Both the position numbers and the translations under genes were made by a program. Shown piece by piece: positions 12,790 through 24,600 of a stretch of 64,000 bases of DNA (position 1 is the stretch's first letter; every line of letters starts with the position of its first letter). The DNA lies in assembly GCF_002113885.1 (NCBI RefSeq), contig NW_018408681.1, forward strand, positions 391,786-455,785. The letters run 5' to 3'. The notes beneath the pieces were generated by a model. It did not search any database and was not told the DNA's origin. It saw only the letters and a list, made by a program, of their open reading frames with translations. This stretch comes from Mizuhopecten yessoensis. Its lineage: Eukaryota.

Positions 12790-13322
12790 TGAAGGGGTAA
12801 TGGTGTATACATTTACCTAAACACGTGTGTTACCTGAAGGGGTAATGGTATATACATTTACCTAAACACGAGTGTAACCTGAAGGGGTAATGGTGTATAC
12901 ATTTACCTAAACACGTGTGTAACCTGAATGGATACTGGTGTATACATTTACCTAAACACGTGTGTAACCTGAAGGGATAATGGTGTATACACCTATCTAA
13001 GCACATGTGTTTCATGAAGGGATACTGGTATAAACAGCTATCTACACATGGGTGTTACCTGAAGGGATAATGGTGTATGCATTTACCTAAACACGTGTGC
13101 TAACTGAAGGGGTAATGGTGTATACACCTCCCTAAACACGTGTGTAACCTAAAGGGATAATGGTATATACACCTTTCTAAAGACTTTATCTGAAGGGATA
13201 ATGGTATATACACCTAAAATAACACGTGTGTTACCTAAAGGGATAATGGTATGTGCACCTATCTAAACATTTGTGTTACCTGAAGGGATAATGGTATATA
13301 TACTTACCTAAACACGTGTGTG
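12790..13322. repeat. 45-bp minisatellite, 12 units, in intron 5 and overlapping the 3' end of exon 5
   Basis: Unit TGAAGGGGTAATGGTGTATACATTTACCTAAACACGTGTGTTACC starts at 12790, 12835, 12880, 12925, 12970, 13015, 13060, 13105, 13150, 13191, 13236 and 13281. One unit is 41 bp. Confidence 0.97.
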
Positions 13323-13399
13323 CCACTTCTGAAAGATGATCCCTCTCGTCATCAAAGAACATCATGTCAGGAAAATCCACCCCGCTCTCTTTCTTGATT
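13308..13399 (-). CDS. MDP1: MDP1-like coding exon 5 (IKKESGVDFPDMMFFDDERDHLSEVAHTCL-G)
   Basis: attcag|AATCAAG...TGTTTAG|gtaagt, 92 nt. It contains MMFFDDE (HAD motif IV). Confidence 0.95.
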
Positions 13400-13991
13400 C
13401 TGAATGAACAGGGATTGAAAATTTAATTCAAAATAATATTCAAAAGTTCAATATAACCATAGTTCTATCAAACATGTGTGCACCTCGGAACACATCGTGC
13501 TTTCCCATTTATTTTAACTATTAGACATCTTAGTAGGACATGGATACTCAAGTTTATTTACACATTTGAATGATTATCTCTGCGGTAATGCAAAAGCAAC
13601 AAGTATACAATAAAATATTCTACATTTCAAACATACCATTCAAATATCTGTAAACAATATCAGTCTACTGCTTCGACTTACTGATTTGTAAAGCTATATC
13701 CTAATATGGACCGTATTGAAAGGTATGGATATTCTATCACCCTGAAACTATTCCCAGAGCGTATGAAATGCTGGAAAGCCCGCAACATTACACATCTAAA
13801 TAAACGAGTTCTGTATGAAAAAATGCGAGAAGAATAATGAAAGCTAGATCGGTGTACAGATCTAAACTATTTGACCTGGGTGTAATGTTGATGACTTTTC
13901 GCCACCATACGTTCCTCTACCTGCCATTTCTGCCCGACGTTGTAATCAGCGAGGTGATGAACGAGGTATGTTGACTAAAGATACCACTTAC

Positions 13992-14099
13992 GTGAGAAGG
14001 TGAGTAATCTTGGACCCCGGATAAACTTCCATGTGATCAAAATAAACATCCCACCCAAAGTAGGAAACAAGTCTCCGGACCTCTTCTTTATTGAAAGCT
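13992..14099 (-). CDS. MDP1: MDP1-like coding exon 4 (E-AFNKEEVRRLVSYFGWDVYFDHMEVYPGSKITHLL-T)
   Basis: tacag|AGCTTTC...CTTCTCAC|gtaagt, 108 nt. It contains EVYPGSKITH (motif III Lys; human EIYPGSKITH). It overlaps ORF 13988..14209. Confidence 0.95.
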
Positions 14100-14533
14100 C
14101 TGTATATAAAGAAACACAAAAGATATATTACAAACATAATTGAATTCTTGTGACACCAAACACTAGTTTTGTTCCTACTTGTGAATACCAAAGCAGAAGC
14201 AAAATGCAAAAGATGGTAAATAAACAGAATTACGTATTGTTGTGTTCACGTCATAACTTTAGCTACTACCTTGACACTCCACTAAGTTGACTAATCTTTT
14301 CAGATTGTCACGCGAGAAGAATAAAACATGAATTCAAGTAAATTGATAAGAAAAGTATTATTGTTATTGTTCTGTCCGCTAATGTCAATCAACCTTCGAA
14401 TTAATAGATATCGTTATAAGTATGGTATAATTTCTTTATGTGAACCTTTATCCTTATCAGAAAAACATTTTTCTTGCTCATTTACTAAAAAGGTTTTGAA
14501 TTTAATTTTCTTTTGAGGAAAAATGTAACTTAC

Positions 14534-14644
14534 TCTGAGGCAATTGCCAACTTGAATTTGTCGTTTTTCAGCTTCTTGAGGATGTGCTCTATATCAGGGA
14601 AAGAATGAACCTCTCTGCTGCGTGCATCAAATACTTTACCGTCT
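14534..14644 (-). CDS. MDP1: MDP1-like coding exon 3 (DGKVFDARSREVHSFPDIEHILKKLKNDKFKLAIAS)
   Basis: tttcag|AGACGG...GCCTCAGA|gtaagt, 111 nt, phase 2/2, open frame. It ends in the HAD motif II strand LAIAS. Confidence 0.93.
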
Positions 14645-15575
14645 CTGAAACAAAATCAAATATATTCAAGTAAAACAGATTTGGTGACCATGAACTACAG
14701 ATAAATTATTATTCCATTTTTTGGTTCTAAATAATTATTTATAAACACTCTCAATACAGTGTCATGTTCTGGCGATGTGAACATCTAATCACATAAACGT
14801 CAGTGACCCAAATGTTCAACGAAAATATTTTCGGTCGCGTCGTTAACTTAACAAAGAACATATCTTCCCATTGACCATTCCCAACGAAGGTATCTTATCA
14901 TCAGTTGTGAGTTGTTTACATGATATAATTGTATAGTGAAGGTATCGGGAATTGTACAAACACTCTACAATATACATACTACTTCCACGCTCAGTACTTA
15001 CACTGTTTTTTGGGAGGTTAGTTCGAGGTAAACACATGCTACTGTTTTTTTAACAACCAATTCCAGGTATTGCGTTTCGTTATTTTTGAGAACTCATTGC
15101 ATAAATAAATTAACACAAATATAAACTACCACGCTCGGTTACTTAATCTATGGGAGTTTGGTTCAAGAGAAGCACACGTGAATGTTCTACTATCAATTTC
15201 GGGTAGTTACTTTTATAGATCTGTAGAAGGCTAAGTTCTAGATAACACATACATAACTATCAAGCTTGGGTACATCTGGCGATAGGTTGGAATCTGGTAT
15301 CAGATAAACACACTTTTGCAGGTCTTTGGATCTGACTTTGTTATAGACTTATACAGTTCAGTGGGAACTTTGGTACTTGTATTTGTCTGTGGAAGGCTGT
15401 GCTCTAGGCGACATTTCATTTCCATATTCACTCGTGTTTAGGTGTCTGTAGAGTTCTGTGAAATAACGGTGTCCATACAAACAGACACCATAATGTAACT
15501 TCATCTACAAAACATTTTTGATGTATTGTTAATGAGGGCGTCTACACAAACACTCAGTAATCAACAGGTACTCAC

Positions 15576-15642
15576 GGAGTTCTGTTGAAAGGTGGTTCCA
15601 CATTTACTTTCCTGTCAACCCAGAACGGCCATAATGTGTAAT
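15576..15642 (-). CDS. MDP1: MDP1-like coding exon 2 (D-YTLWPFWVDRKVNVEPPFNRT-P)
   Basis: tttcag|ATTACACATTATGGCCGTTCTGG...ACTCC|gtgagt, 67 nt. DYTLWPFWVD...PPF is the MDP1 signature following HAD motif I. Confidence 0.95.
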
Positions 15643-18600
15643 CTGAAAATACAAAAAATAAATGTAAAGCTATAGTTGGAATGTGAACGAATATAAGGTT
15701 TCCGTAAGGACGACTTTGTTCAAATTTACAGTATGATGACTTGTTAGATTCGTGTAGAATATGATGCTCATGTAAGAAAGCACAATAATTTCAACATGTA
15801 CGACACCAAAGCAGATACTTATCAATTTACGTTACATGACATTTATAATTAAAAAATAAGCACACATCTTACCAAGAATTTATTTTTTATATATTTAAAA
15901 ATTTCAATTGATTATAAATTTAAAACGGACAATACTTTTTGCACTGGATTAAATAGAACAGAAAAGTTACAACTTAGGGAGTATACTTCTATTAATTCTC
16001 TTCTTTTTATATCTCACTTATCAACAGAAGATGTCTGTAAAATGTCATGTTTACTACAGCCAAATAATTCAATCAATCAAGGAATGATTTATTTCATCGA
16101 TAAATCGAATCGATCAATAAGATGATCAAATATCAATAAAAAACAATGCAACAAACTTCATTTTCATGTTAGATGCATATGAATATAAACACATATATAT
16201 GTAGGACGTGTGACCTTGACATTGATATGATAGCGGGATAGGTTTTGACCTTGATCTGTTGATGAGGATGTAAACAATTGTGACTTTCAGATACATGTTT
16301 TAATTGCAACCCTGATCTGTATGGTGTTGTAGGACTTTGATCAACTTGACTTGGAGATAAATACTAGCGTACTTAAGACGGTTTGACATTTATCTATAGA
16401 TTGGGGTGCAGTAATATGTGTCATTATTGAATGAATGAACTTTTTAGGGAAAAACACGATACACCGAAGTATAGTGATGTCATATGGGTTCATATTATTT
16501 CCCTGACACAAATTACTATGAATGGTAGCGATCATGTGTGGCGTCAAAGAGCTGCTTAATAATGAATATTGTGTTGGAAATAACAAAAGTGAAAGGGAAC
16601 TAAGACAGCAACCAAACAATTATTTTGTATTATAATGGAAGTAGAATAAAGGTTACGATAATCGTTGTACTCCTACTTCCGGTACTGTAGCAATGTTTAT
16701 ACAAATCAGCTTAATCTAATAAACTGCTTACACGGAATGCGTTATTAATGTTTTAGGAGCAAAGCTTCATTTGTACATATCAATCATCCCTTTAGAACAT
16801 AACCATGACAGCTTAACGACTCTAGACGAAACCATGTAAATATTTGGGGCATAATCTACACAAATGTCCCAGCTTCAAAGCTGTTATATTGTACAGGAAT
16901 TCTGTATGTTTAAGATCAAAGCAATTAATGACAGGATGTATGTTGGTTGAATAATTGTTTAAAATTTCAATAGAAATGTGTAAACACTTGAAACAAAGGT
17001 TTGTTGAATATTTTCGTCCTGGCACATACTGTACATAGGTTCTATATATTGTGTAATGTTTTGTGAGAGCTTTTGAAGGGGCTAGGAAAACATCGCATTC
17101 AGAACTGGTTTGATTGATATCTCTTATTGTTTTAGTGGTAGTTGCATTCTTGAATAATATTTAATAATGCTAACCTGGATGCGCTAAATTATTGTATCCC
17201 CCATATATTCTTTCAATTAACTGTTTATCATGTATCAATCTCAAGCTATGCATCAGGCACATTATGACTGTGTTCAGAGGGATGCTCTTGTAGTCTGATT
17301 GGTAGTTTTGTAGCGGCATTCTTCTTCATGATTATACCTGATGCCTTGATACCCTTTTTACAAAATCATATGCTGAGTAATTGTTAATAAAATATAAATC
17401 TGCAGGACACAATATATCAGAAGTAAATAATAACAATCAGGTAAGGGTTTAAATGCCTGTATCACCAACGTCAGGCTGAAGTAGACATGTAGAACGTTAC
17501 TTGTTAGTATGTTCGACGGAGTGTTTTTAATAATATTGATGTAATGCTTTCATAATACGGCATTGTTTACAAACACAATTGTCGGAGCCTTGTTGACGCG
17601 GTATGTGTTACATAGCTCACGGCTCTTGTTCGATGTTGTATGTTTCTATTATACCTGATAATATGCTCATGCCAAAATACACATTGGTAAATGTACATGA
17701 TTGTTGTTTACTTGTAATGATACAAGACTTAAGCGATGGACTTTGAGCAGCGTCCTAATTACAGATACATAAATATTTTTAGTGATAGTTATGTTTGTGT
17801 AAAATTATTTGTATATAGTTCTTTGTCTACATAAATGATATTTTCAACAGAGACTCGTAATTTAAGATTCGTTCAAGGTTCTCAGAATAGAGTGTAGTCA
17901 ATGAACTTACAGATATCTATCATATGGGATGAATTGTTTTTACATCTTGTCTTGTTGCATATGATAAATTAACATTTGAAGCACCGCTGCTTAACACGCT
18001 ACAATATATATATACACAGAACAAGAACATCAATCATTCATAGAAATGCATATCCACTTAAGAGGGAACTTGTAGATATTGTTTTTACATTACTTTCTTT
18101 CCTGCTGTTCACCTAATATATTTATCGTATATATGCTTGCGTTAATAAATTAGACTTTTATAAATTTTACGTGTGCTATCTTAATTTGTTTGGACTTATG
18201 TTGATAAAGTTCCTTTATTTAAGTTTAATTCCCGCCGCAAGGACATCAAACGAAACGGTTACATTTTGTGTCAGTCTTAGGAATATCATATACACAATAC
18301 ACTTTGGTACATGTTTTTGAAAAGTAATACTATGGAAACATACTAGCCAATGTTTATAATTAGTTTAGTCTCCATGTACCTATGGCGGCAGATATGTGTT
18401 ATGAAGCTGTTCTATACCTCTCTACATCCATTATATTTGATACCAGCGGTAAATGTACCCAAACAGCTGCTGACAGGAGGTCAACTTAGTTCATTAGCAA
18501 GTACAATACCGAAATTCTTTGAAAATTTCTGATAAAGAGAGCATATCAAATCCTTGTAAACCGCAGTCTCTGATTACCACTGTAGAAACAATTCTATTAA

Positions 18601-21600
18601 AGAAATGTTTACATTGTCTGGCGACTATACCTAGTCAAGTATACATAGTTGCAAGGGCGTATAACTTGTGGTTTGCTCGATGCACAGCCGCGCTCTTCTA
18701 CAGTTTTAAATCTAAGAATGTCGGTGCTAGAAATGACGTATGCATAATTGGGGTAAAAAAAGGATATGTTCTGCGCTAATGTTATTATAACAGAACTTGT
18801 CTTTATTCTGTATAATCTATAATCTAGATAACCCGTTGGTAACATACTGAGCAATTGGGTCAACCTTGTCTAGTCTTTCGTGATAAAAATAATAATCTTT
18901 AGCGTGTTCTAAGAATCTGATATATTGAACAATCGCGACAAGACAATGAATAAAATATGTTGACAATATTTTGCCATTCGTCATGTACAAGCCTGAAATA
19001 TTTGTATATACCACACAGAATAAATCAAACCCATGTCTAACCTTTCAGTGCTATCAGAGGACAACATCTGAATACGCAAGTTGAGTTCATGATCTATTAA
19101 TGCGAAGAGATAAACAAAGCCCGTATCAAACGTCTCCTCGTAAAAGTGGTCACTAAGTGTTTTGCTAAATATATGAGTTGGATGCTAGCGTGTTCAATAT
19201 CAGGAATACGCGCACCTGCCATAATAATAATTTTCTGTTTTCATGTGTTGAAAAGATTTCAAAACAGAACAGGTAGTAACTTCACGGGCCAATATAACTT
19301 GGCTCCATATAATCATCAACGTGATTGCCCAAAACACATCGGATTGTTTTTAGTCTTCTCACGATCGCTTATTTTCATACACATCAGATAAAGTGCCACC
19401 AAAGCTACCGCAAACTGTATTACAGGCACACGAGGGCGCAAAAATACTCAAGTGGAATAGTGTTTTATTTACTGAAACATTATGTAAATACATTAGTTTT
19501 AGAGTCATGTTAAATGTTTATGATGTAAACATGGCATGTGTTTTAACATCATTTAAAACTTTACTTTATGATAGCATCACTGATGAGCAGACGTATTTAA
19601 GATCATTGTAAAATAAAAGAAATCTAATGTTCAAATCAAAGAGGTATGTACTCAAAGACGGATACACATTCTGTTTAAATTACCACTTTATATTTATGTC
19701 TGTTTTACTGGAACCCTTTTTTGTTGCAAAAGAACCAGATTCAGTACAAAAATATATCAAATTAAATCTACACTAACTCTCGCAATTGCCTCTGACGCCT
19801 CATATATTTATGTGAGGGCTATTATCGAAGTTCACGAAATTTATATATAACGAAGCTGGGGATTACTATAACTTTTCATGTCTGATTCTGAAGAAAGCTT
19901 AATCTAACGCAAACCATCTACCTATTAACACAGAAACCTTCACTTTCAAAGAGGCCATCACGAATGCGATTAGGGATGAAGCTATCTCCAGGCATTATCT
20001 AAATGTCGAGTGATTGATTTCAGTATTCCACTAATGTTGCCCAACTGTTGTCTATCATTATGGGATGGAATCCGCAATCAGGGTCAAGGACCAACGCATA
20101 CCTTTGCTTGAGTGTTGATTTAGAGCAATCGGGAATGTACCTCGACTGATAGGCGTAGGCAAGATGCCATTATGTGTGGTAACTGGATACTGGTTCCATT
20201 ATATTTTGAAATCGTAAACCAAGATATTATTATCATTTATAAAATGCAGTCTTCAAAATTGTTGTCTGTTAACTTGTGTTAATTGTTAGGAGCATTATTT
20301 TTCTTTGAGCTAGGGCGTGCTCCCTTTCGGGTTTTAATTATTTGAACATTTTTTTTTGTAGTCAATAATGCTACAATATCAGTCACTGCCTTTACTTTGT
20401 TTCCTGACATTAATATGAATAATATATTGAGTTCAATTCGAAATAATCAGATTTCCACACAACTTATAACTAATGGGTACATGTAATCACGTAATGTCCC
20501 ATTCCGTTATTAATTTAAAAGAAAACGTTATACATATTTGAAAGTGTTACTTCCAGTATATTAATTCTGTAAAATGAACTTTCACGCAAAATGACATATT
20601 TTCATTTGTTGTTTTTCAAAACTTAAGGAGAATTTGCATGCTTTATGTCAAAAGTGATGGCCTTGATTTTCTTGATGCTATAATTCCATATACTATAATT
20701 ACAATTGACAAATGTCTGACACCCGGTTTAATATAATTCATTTGTTGGAACCCACAAGTAGTCGACTAAGGCATGTTGCATGGTCATAACATATAAATGA
20801 ATGCGGTTGGTTTCATTCGGGTAAAAGTCTTCTACAAATAACGAAGTACACTAGCAACATTTATATGACATTGACTAAATTAGTAACTTTACGGTGCCAT
20901 TGTTACCGCGAACTACACAGCGAAGGTAAATGGAAAGCGGAAGCTTCAAGTTGCGCATAATAGCAACTGCTATTTCACTTCCCAAATAAACGATCGTTAC
21001 TACGACTTATCGGAAACAAAACCTCTGACATGATACTGAGTTGAGGGATTAATACGAGCCGAAGATGTTGTGAATCAGCCTTTATTACTGACTAGGGAAA
21101 GAGATGCGAATGCCCTTTTTACTACAAAACTAGTAGTGTAAGGCAGTGTGTTTGTGATTTTGTTAATAGGCCTTGTCATAACACATACACATGATGTTTA
21201 TACATGGTTGCAAAGCTATGTAAGTTGTGTTTTATGATTGAATTAAGGGATACTGCAATGTCATAACAAAACGACAGGATTAAAACTTAAAATCAGGACT
21301 GTAAGCCGCATTTACGTTAAATAAACAGATATATAGAGTAAGACAGTGGCGTCTTTACATGTTGTCAACACAGGACAAACCATATCCTGACAAAAAAATG
21401 TCTGGAATGTTGTCTTGCAGCATACAATACATTTCCTAGCAATCACACCACGAGAGCGACAGCATTCATAAACAAGAAAAAGTAGAAGCAGTATTCGGAA
21501 TTGGCAAGAAAGTATGATGCAAACGAGATAACTCTATGGGTTTCAAACGAGATAACACAGAAAGGCGTGAAAGGCTTGGCATCAGGAGTGACATAACACA

Positions 21601-24600
21601 TATTTCACATACTGCCCATTAAGAGTGAAATGGCGATTTTGTATTAATTTTCGTTAGATTTGAAAAAAACTTATCTTCAAAGCCAATTAAATGAACAACA
21701 GCTGATTTAAGTAAAACTGACATCAGCACCATCGAAGAGGGATGAAAGAAAGGACGATTATTTGTGCAAGTGTATCTCTTATGAAATCAAGTTTATAGAT
21801 AGAACACAACATTGATGATTACCAAACAATTTTCAAGAGATTTCTCGTCTGAAGATGCTAAAATAGTATGCAAGTATACTGATCTAAGGACACACGCCGT
21901 TAAATTTCAGGAAATTGTGTAATACCCAAATAGTTTCTTTGATCAGTTGCTGCCAAGCACAAATCAATTTATTTTTTAACAAGTTTTATCGGCATTATTA
22001 CAAATTGGCAAGACACTTCAATTGTTTCGTGTAGAATTGGGCTGTTGATTACGAAGAGGACACATGGAAAACATATAGCAAACATGACTTACTCAATCTA
22101 CTACTTTCAAAGAACACCACAATTATTTAGGATGCTTTGTTAAAAAGGGAGCAACTGCATAGCCTATTCATAACTGCTATCTACACAATACATGGAATCT
22201 GTGTGTGTGTTTGTTTGCGTGTGTGTATTGTCTGCATTATATTATCTAGACATAATTTGCCAGGAATTCTGATGAAGGGTGAGGTAATAAAACAGGGCTT
22301 ACTGTGTGACCTACTTTGACACTGCACTTGTTAGAACGCCCTTCCCCTCGACAGATACATTCCTCCCGAAACACATGTCCCCTGGAGCATGGCCAAACAT
22401 AGATATCAGGGTGTCATTGACATGTGGTAGCTTTACATTGTTCAAGTCCTGAATAATACATATATGGCCGTGTTTTCGAGTTTTTGTTTTTTAGAAGATA
22501 TTTCTTTATTGCTCTTCGGGTTATATGTGACCTTGTTGCTCATAAGGAAGGCCGGTTATGTATTATGTGTATATCTCGCAACGCATTTATTCTGACATAT
22601 TTAAACAAGGAATATTAATTGTCATATTCTCTCTCATGAATATAGTACCTCAAAAGATGAATATTTTGATTGACAATTGTTAGTTGGCATGTCCTAGAAT
22701 TTATCATGATGTATGATTTGCGCTGGGGTTTTTCATGCTTAATATTGATTTGAATTCCATAACGGATGTGAGACTGAAAATATTGAATAGATGTAAGTGA
22801 GTATTTCATTACATGTACATATATTAAGGACAATCTTTGATGAATTATCTCCTGAAACATCGGACTTATACATGATAGCAACACGATTAAGGTATACACC
22901 GTAATGTAACAGATATATTTGCATAAAGGTATTTGGGACAGTCATAAACAAAGAAACACGCTTGTTGTTACATCGAAACCTTCCACATGTCTGTCTTTCC
23001 CTCAGAGGTGAATATGTATACGCTTCTTCACAAACGCAGTCCGACATTTCTGAGAACAACTTATGACAGCTATAAGTCTGTTTGTTTTATGTACGTTGTC
23101 ATGCGTTAATCGGTTAATTTGAGTAACAAGTCTATTACACATGGTGTATATTGTATAACCAGAGGAAGCATATTATTCTTGTGTAACATTTCAATGCTTC
23201 TTTTGATAGAAAACGAACATAACTTGACACTTCATCCAACATGCATGGGGTATATAAACTGTTTTACTTTGATAAAGGGAATTGCGTTTCGCTTTTGAAA
23301 TAATGCACCTTTTATTTCATGTAGTGTTTATGTGATAAAGAGTCATTTATTAATTATTAACATTTACAGTATTTTTTGTTCCAAAGGAGCAACTGTCACT
23401 GTATTTTCAAATTTGTAAATCTTACAGCTACATGCACATGTACAACACTATAGCGAACTAAGATGACAAACTTTGGTTCATGTAAATAGATATGGTATCG
23501 TTTAATATAGGTATATAATTAACAACGACATTTCCTTATTGCATTGATACCGTTGAGTGAAATACCGACAGAGACAAAACGTGTAATACTGACAGTGCTT
23601 GTGATCATAGGTGTTATCTTTTGCAGATGTTATTCCTATAAGCAATATATTATGTAAATGCAAATGTACATTTTACAGCAAACCCCAATTATTTCTGTAT
23701 GGCATTATCCGACATTTAATCGGAGTAAGATCGGCGTCAACGCATTCGGTGAATGTGTTAATGTGTGTTCCTCACAATAATGTGTACTAAACTATGTAAC
23801 TAATGGAGAAAAAGCACGATGACTAATATTAGGCAATTGGTAAGTTGCTACAATAATAATAGTTTTCACCATCCCGAGCTCAATGGATGTTCAAAGAAAT
23901 AATTGACTTGCCACAGGTAACGAACAAAACTATTCATTCAAAAATATTGATTAAATAAAGACATGCCGACACACATGAGAGCACCAAATCGGCCCGAACA
24001 GATACCGGATATCAGGAGACCCCAAAACAAATCACCAACCCCCCCAAAAAAGCAGTACTTTATATCAATTAAACGATACACATCCCTAGGATAGAAACCC
24101 AAAGACAACAGAAAATCACTGATGATATCAAAATAAAAGGAACTACCTTTTGACCGCCCTACAGTAAAAAACCTGGTTATTTCAATCCAATATTATATTT
24201 CGACCATAACTACTAATTTGTGATCCGTTTTGAGACAACCTAGGTTGTGATAAAGCGGTTAATAAGAACCTCAAATTATTATAATAATTATTAAGTATTT
24301 GTTTTGTGATAGGATAGCAGGTTTATTAGTTTTTCGGACTAGGACTAGGACCCAGTTATAGAAGAGACGCATGCTACTAACAATACCCAACGAGACTGGG
24401 CGAAATGACACGGTATGACGACACGATGCAGTTCGAAATGACGCAGCAATACGTGCGATAATGTTTAAGGAGATGATATAGGACATCGCGCATCTCTTGT
24501 GATGCCATGTGACCTATAATACAAGTAGAGGAATGCATGAATGCACTATCTGCCTTCACCAATTTTATAGAAGAGGATACATTTATACAGACACCGAACA

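Noticed and set aside
12830-13015. ORF with a 15-aa His/Cys repeat (HTCLGKCIHHYPFRL), resembling a metal-binding repeat
   Set aside because: It is a translation of the 45-bp minisatellite. Read-through from exon 5 hits TAA in the first unit.
15425-15476. Short resemblance to the end of exon 2 (GAGTTCTGTGAAA...TCCA) within intron 2
   Set aside because: Too short and gapped to call a duplicated exon, and it has no matching donor.
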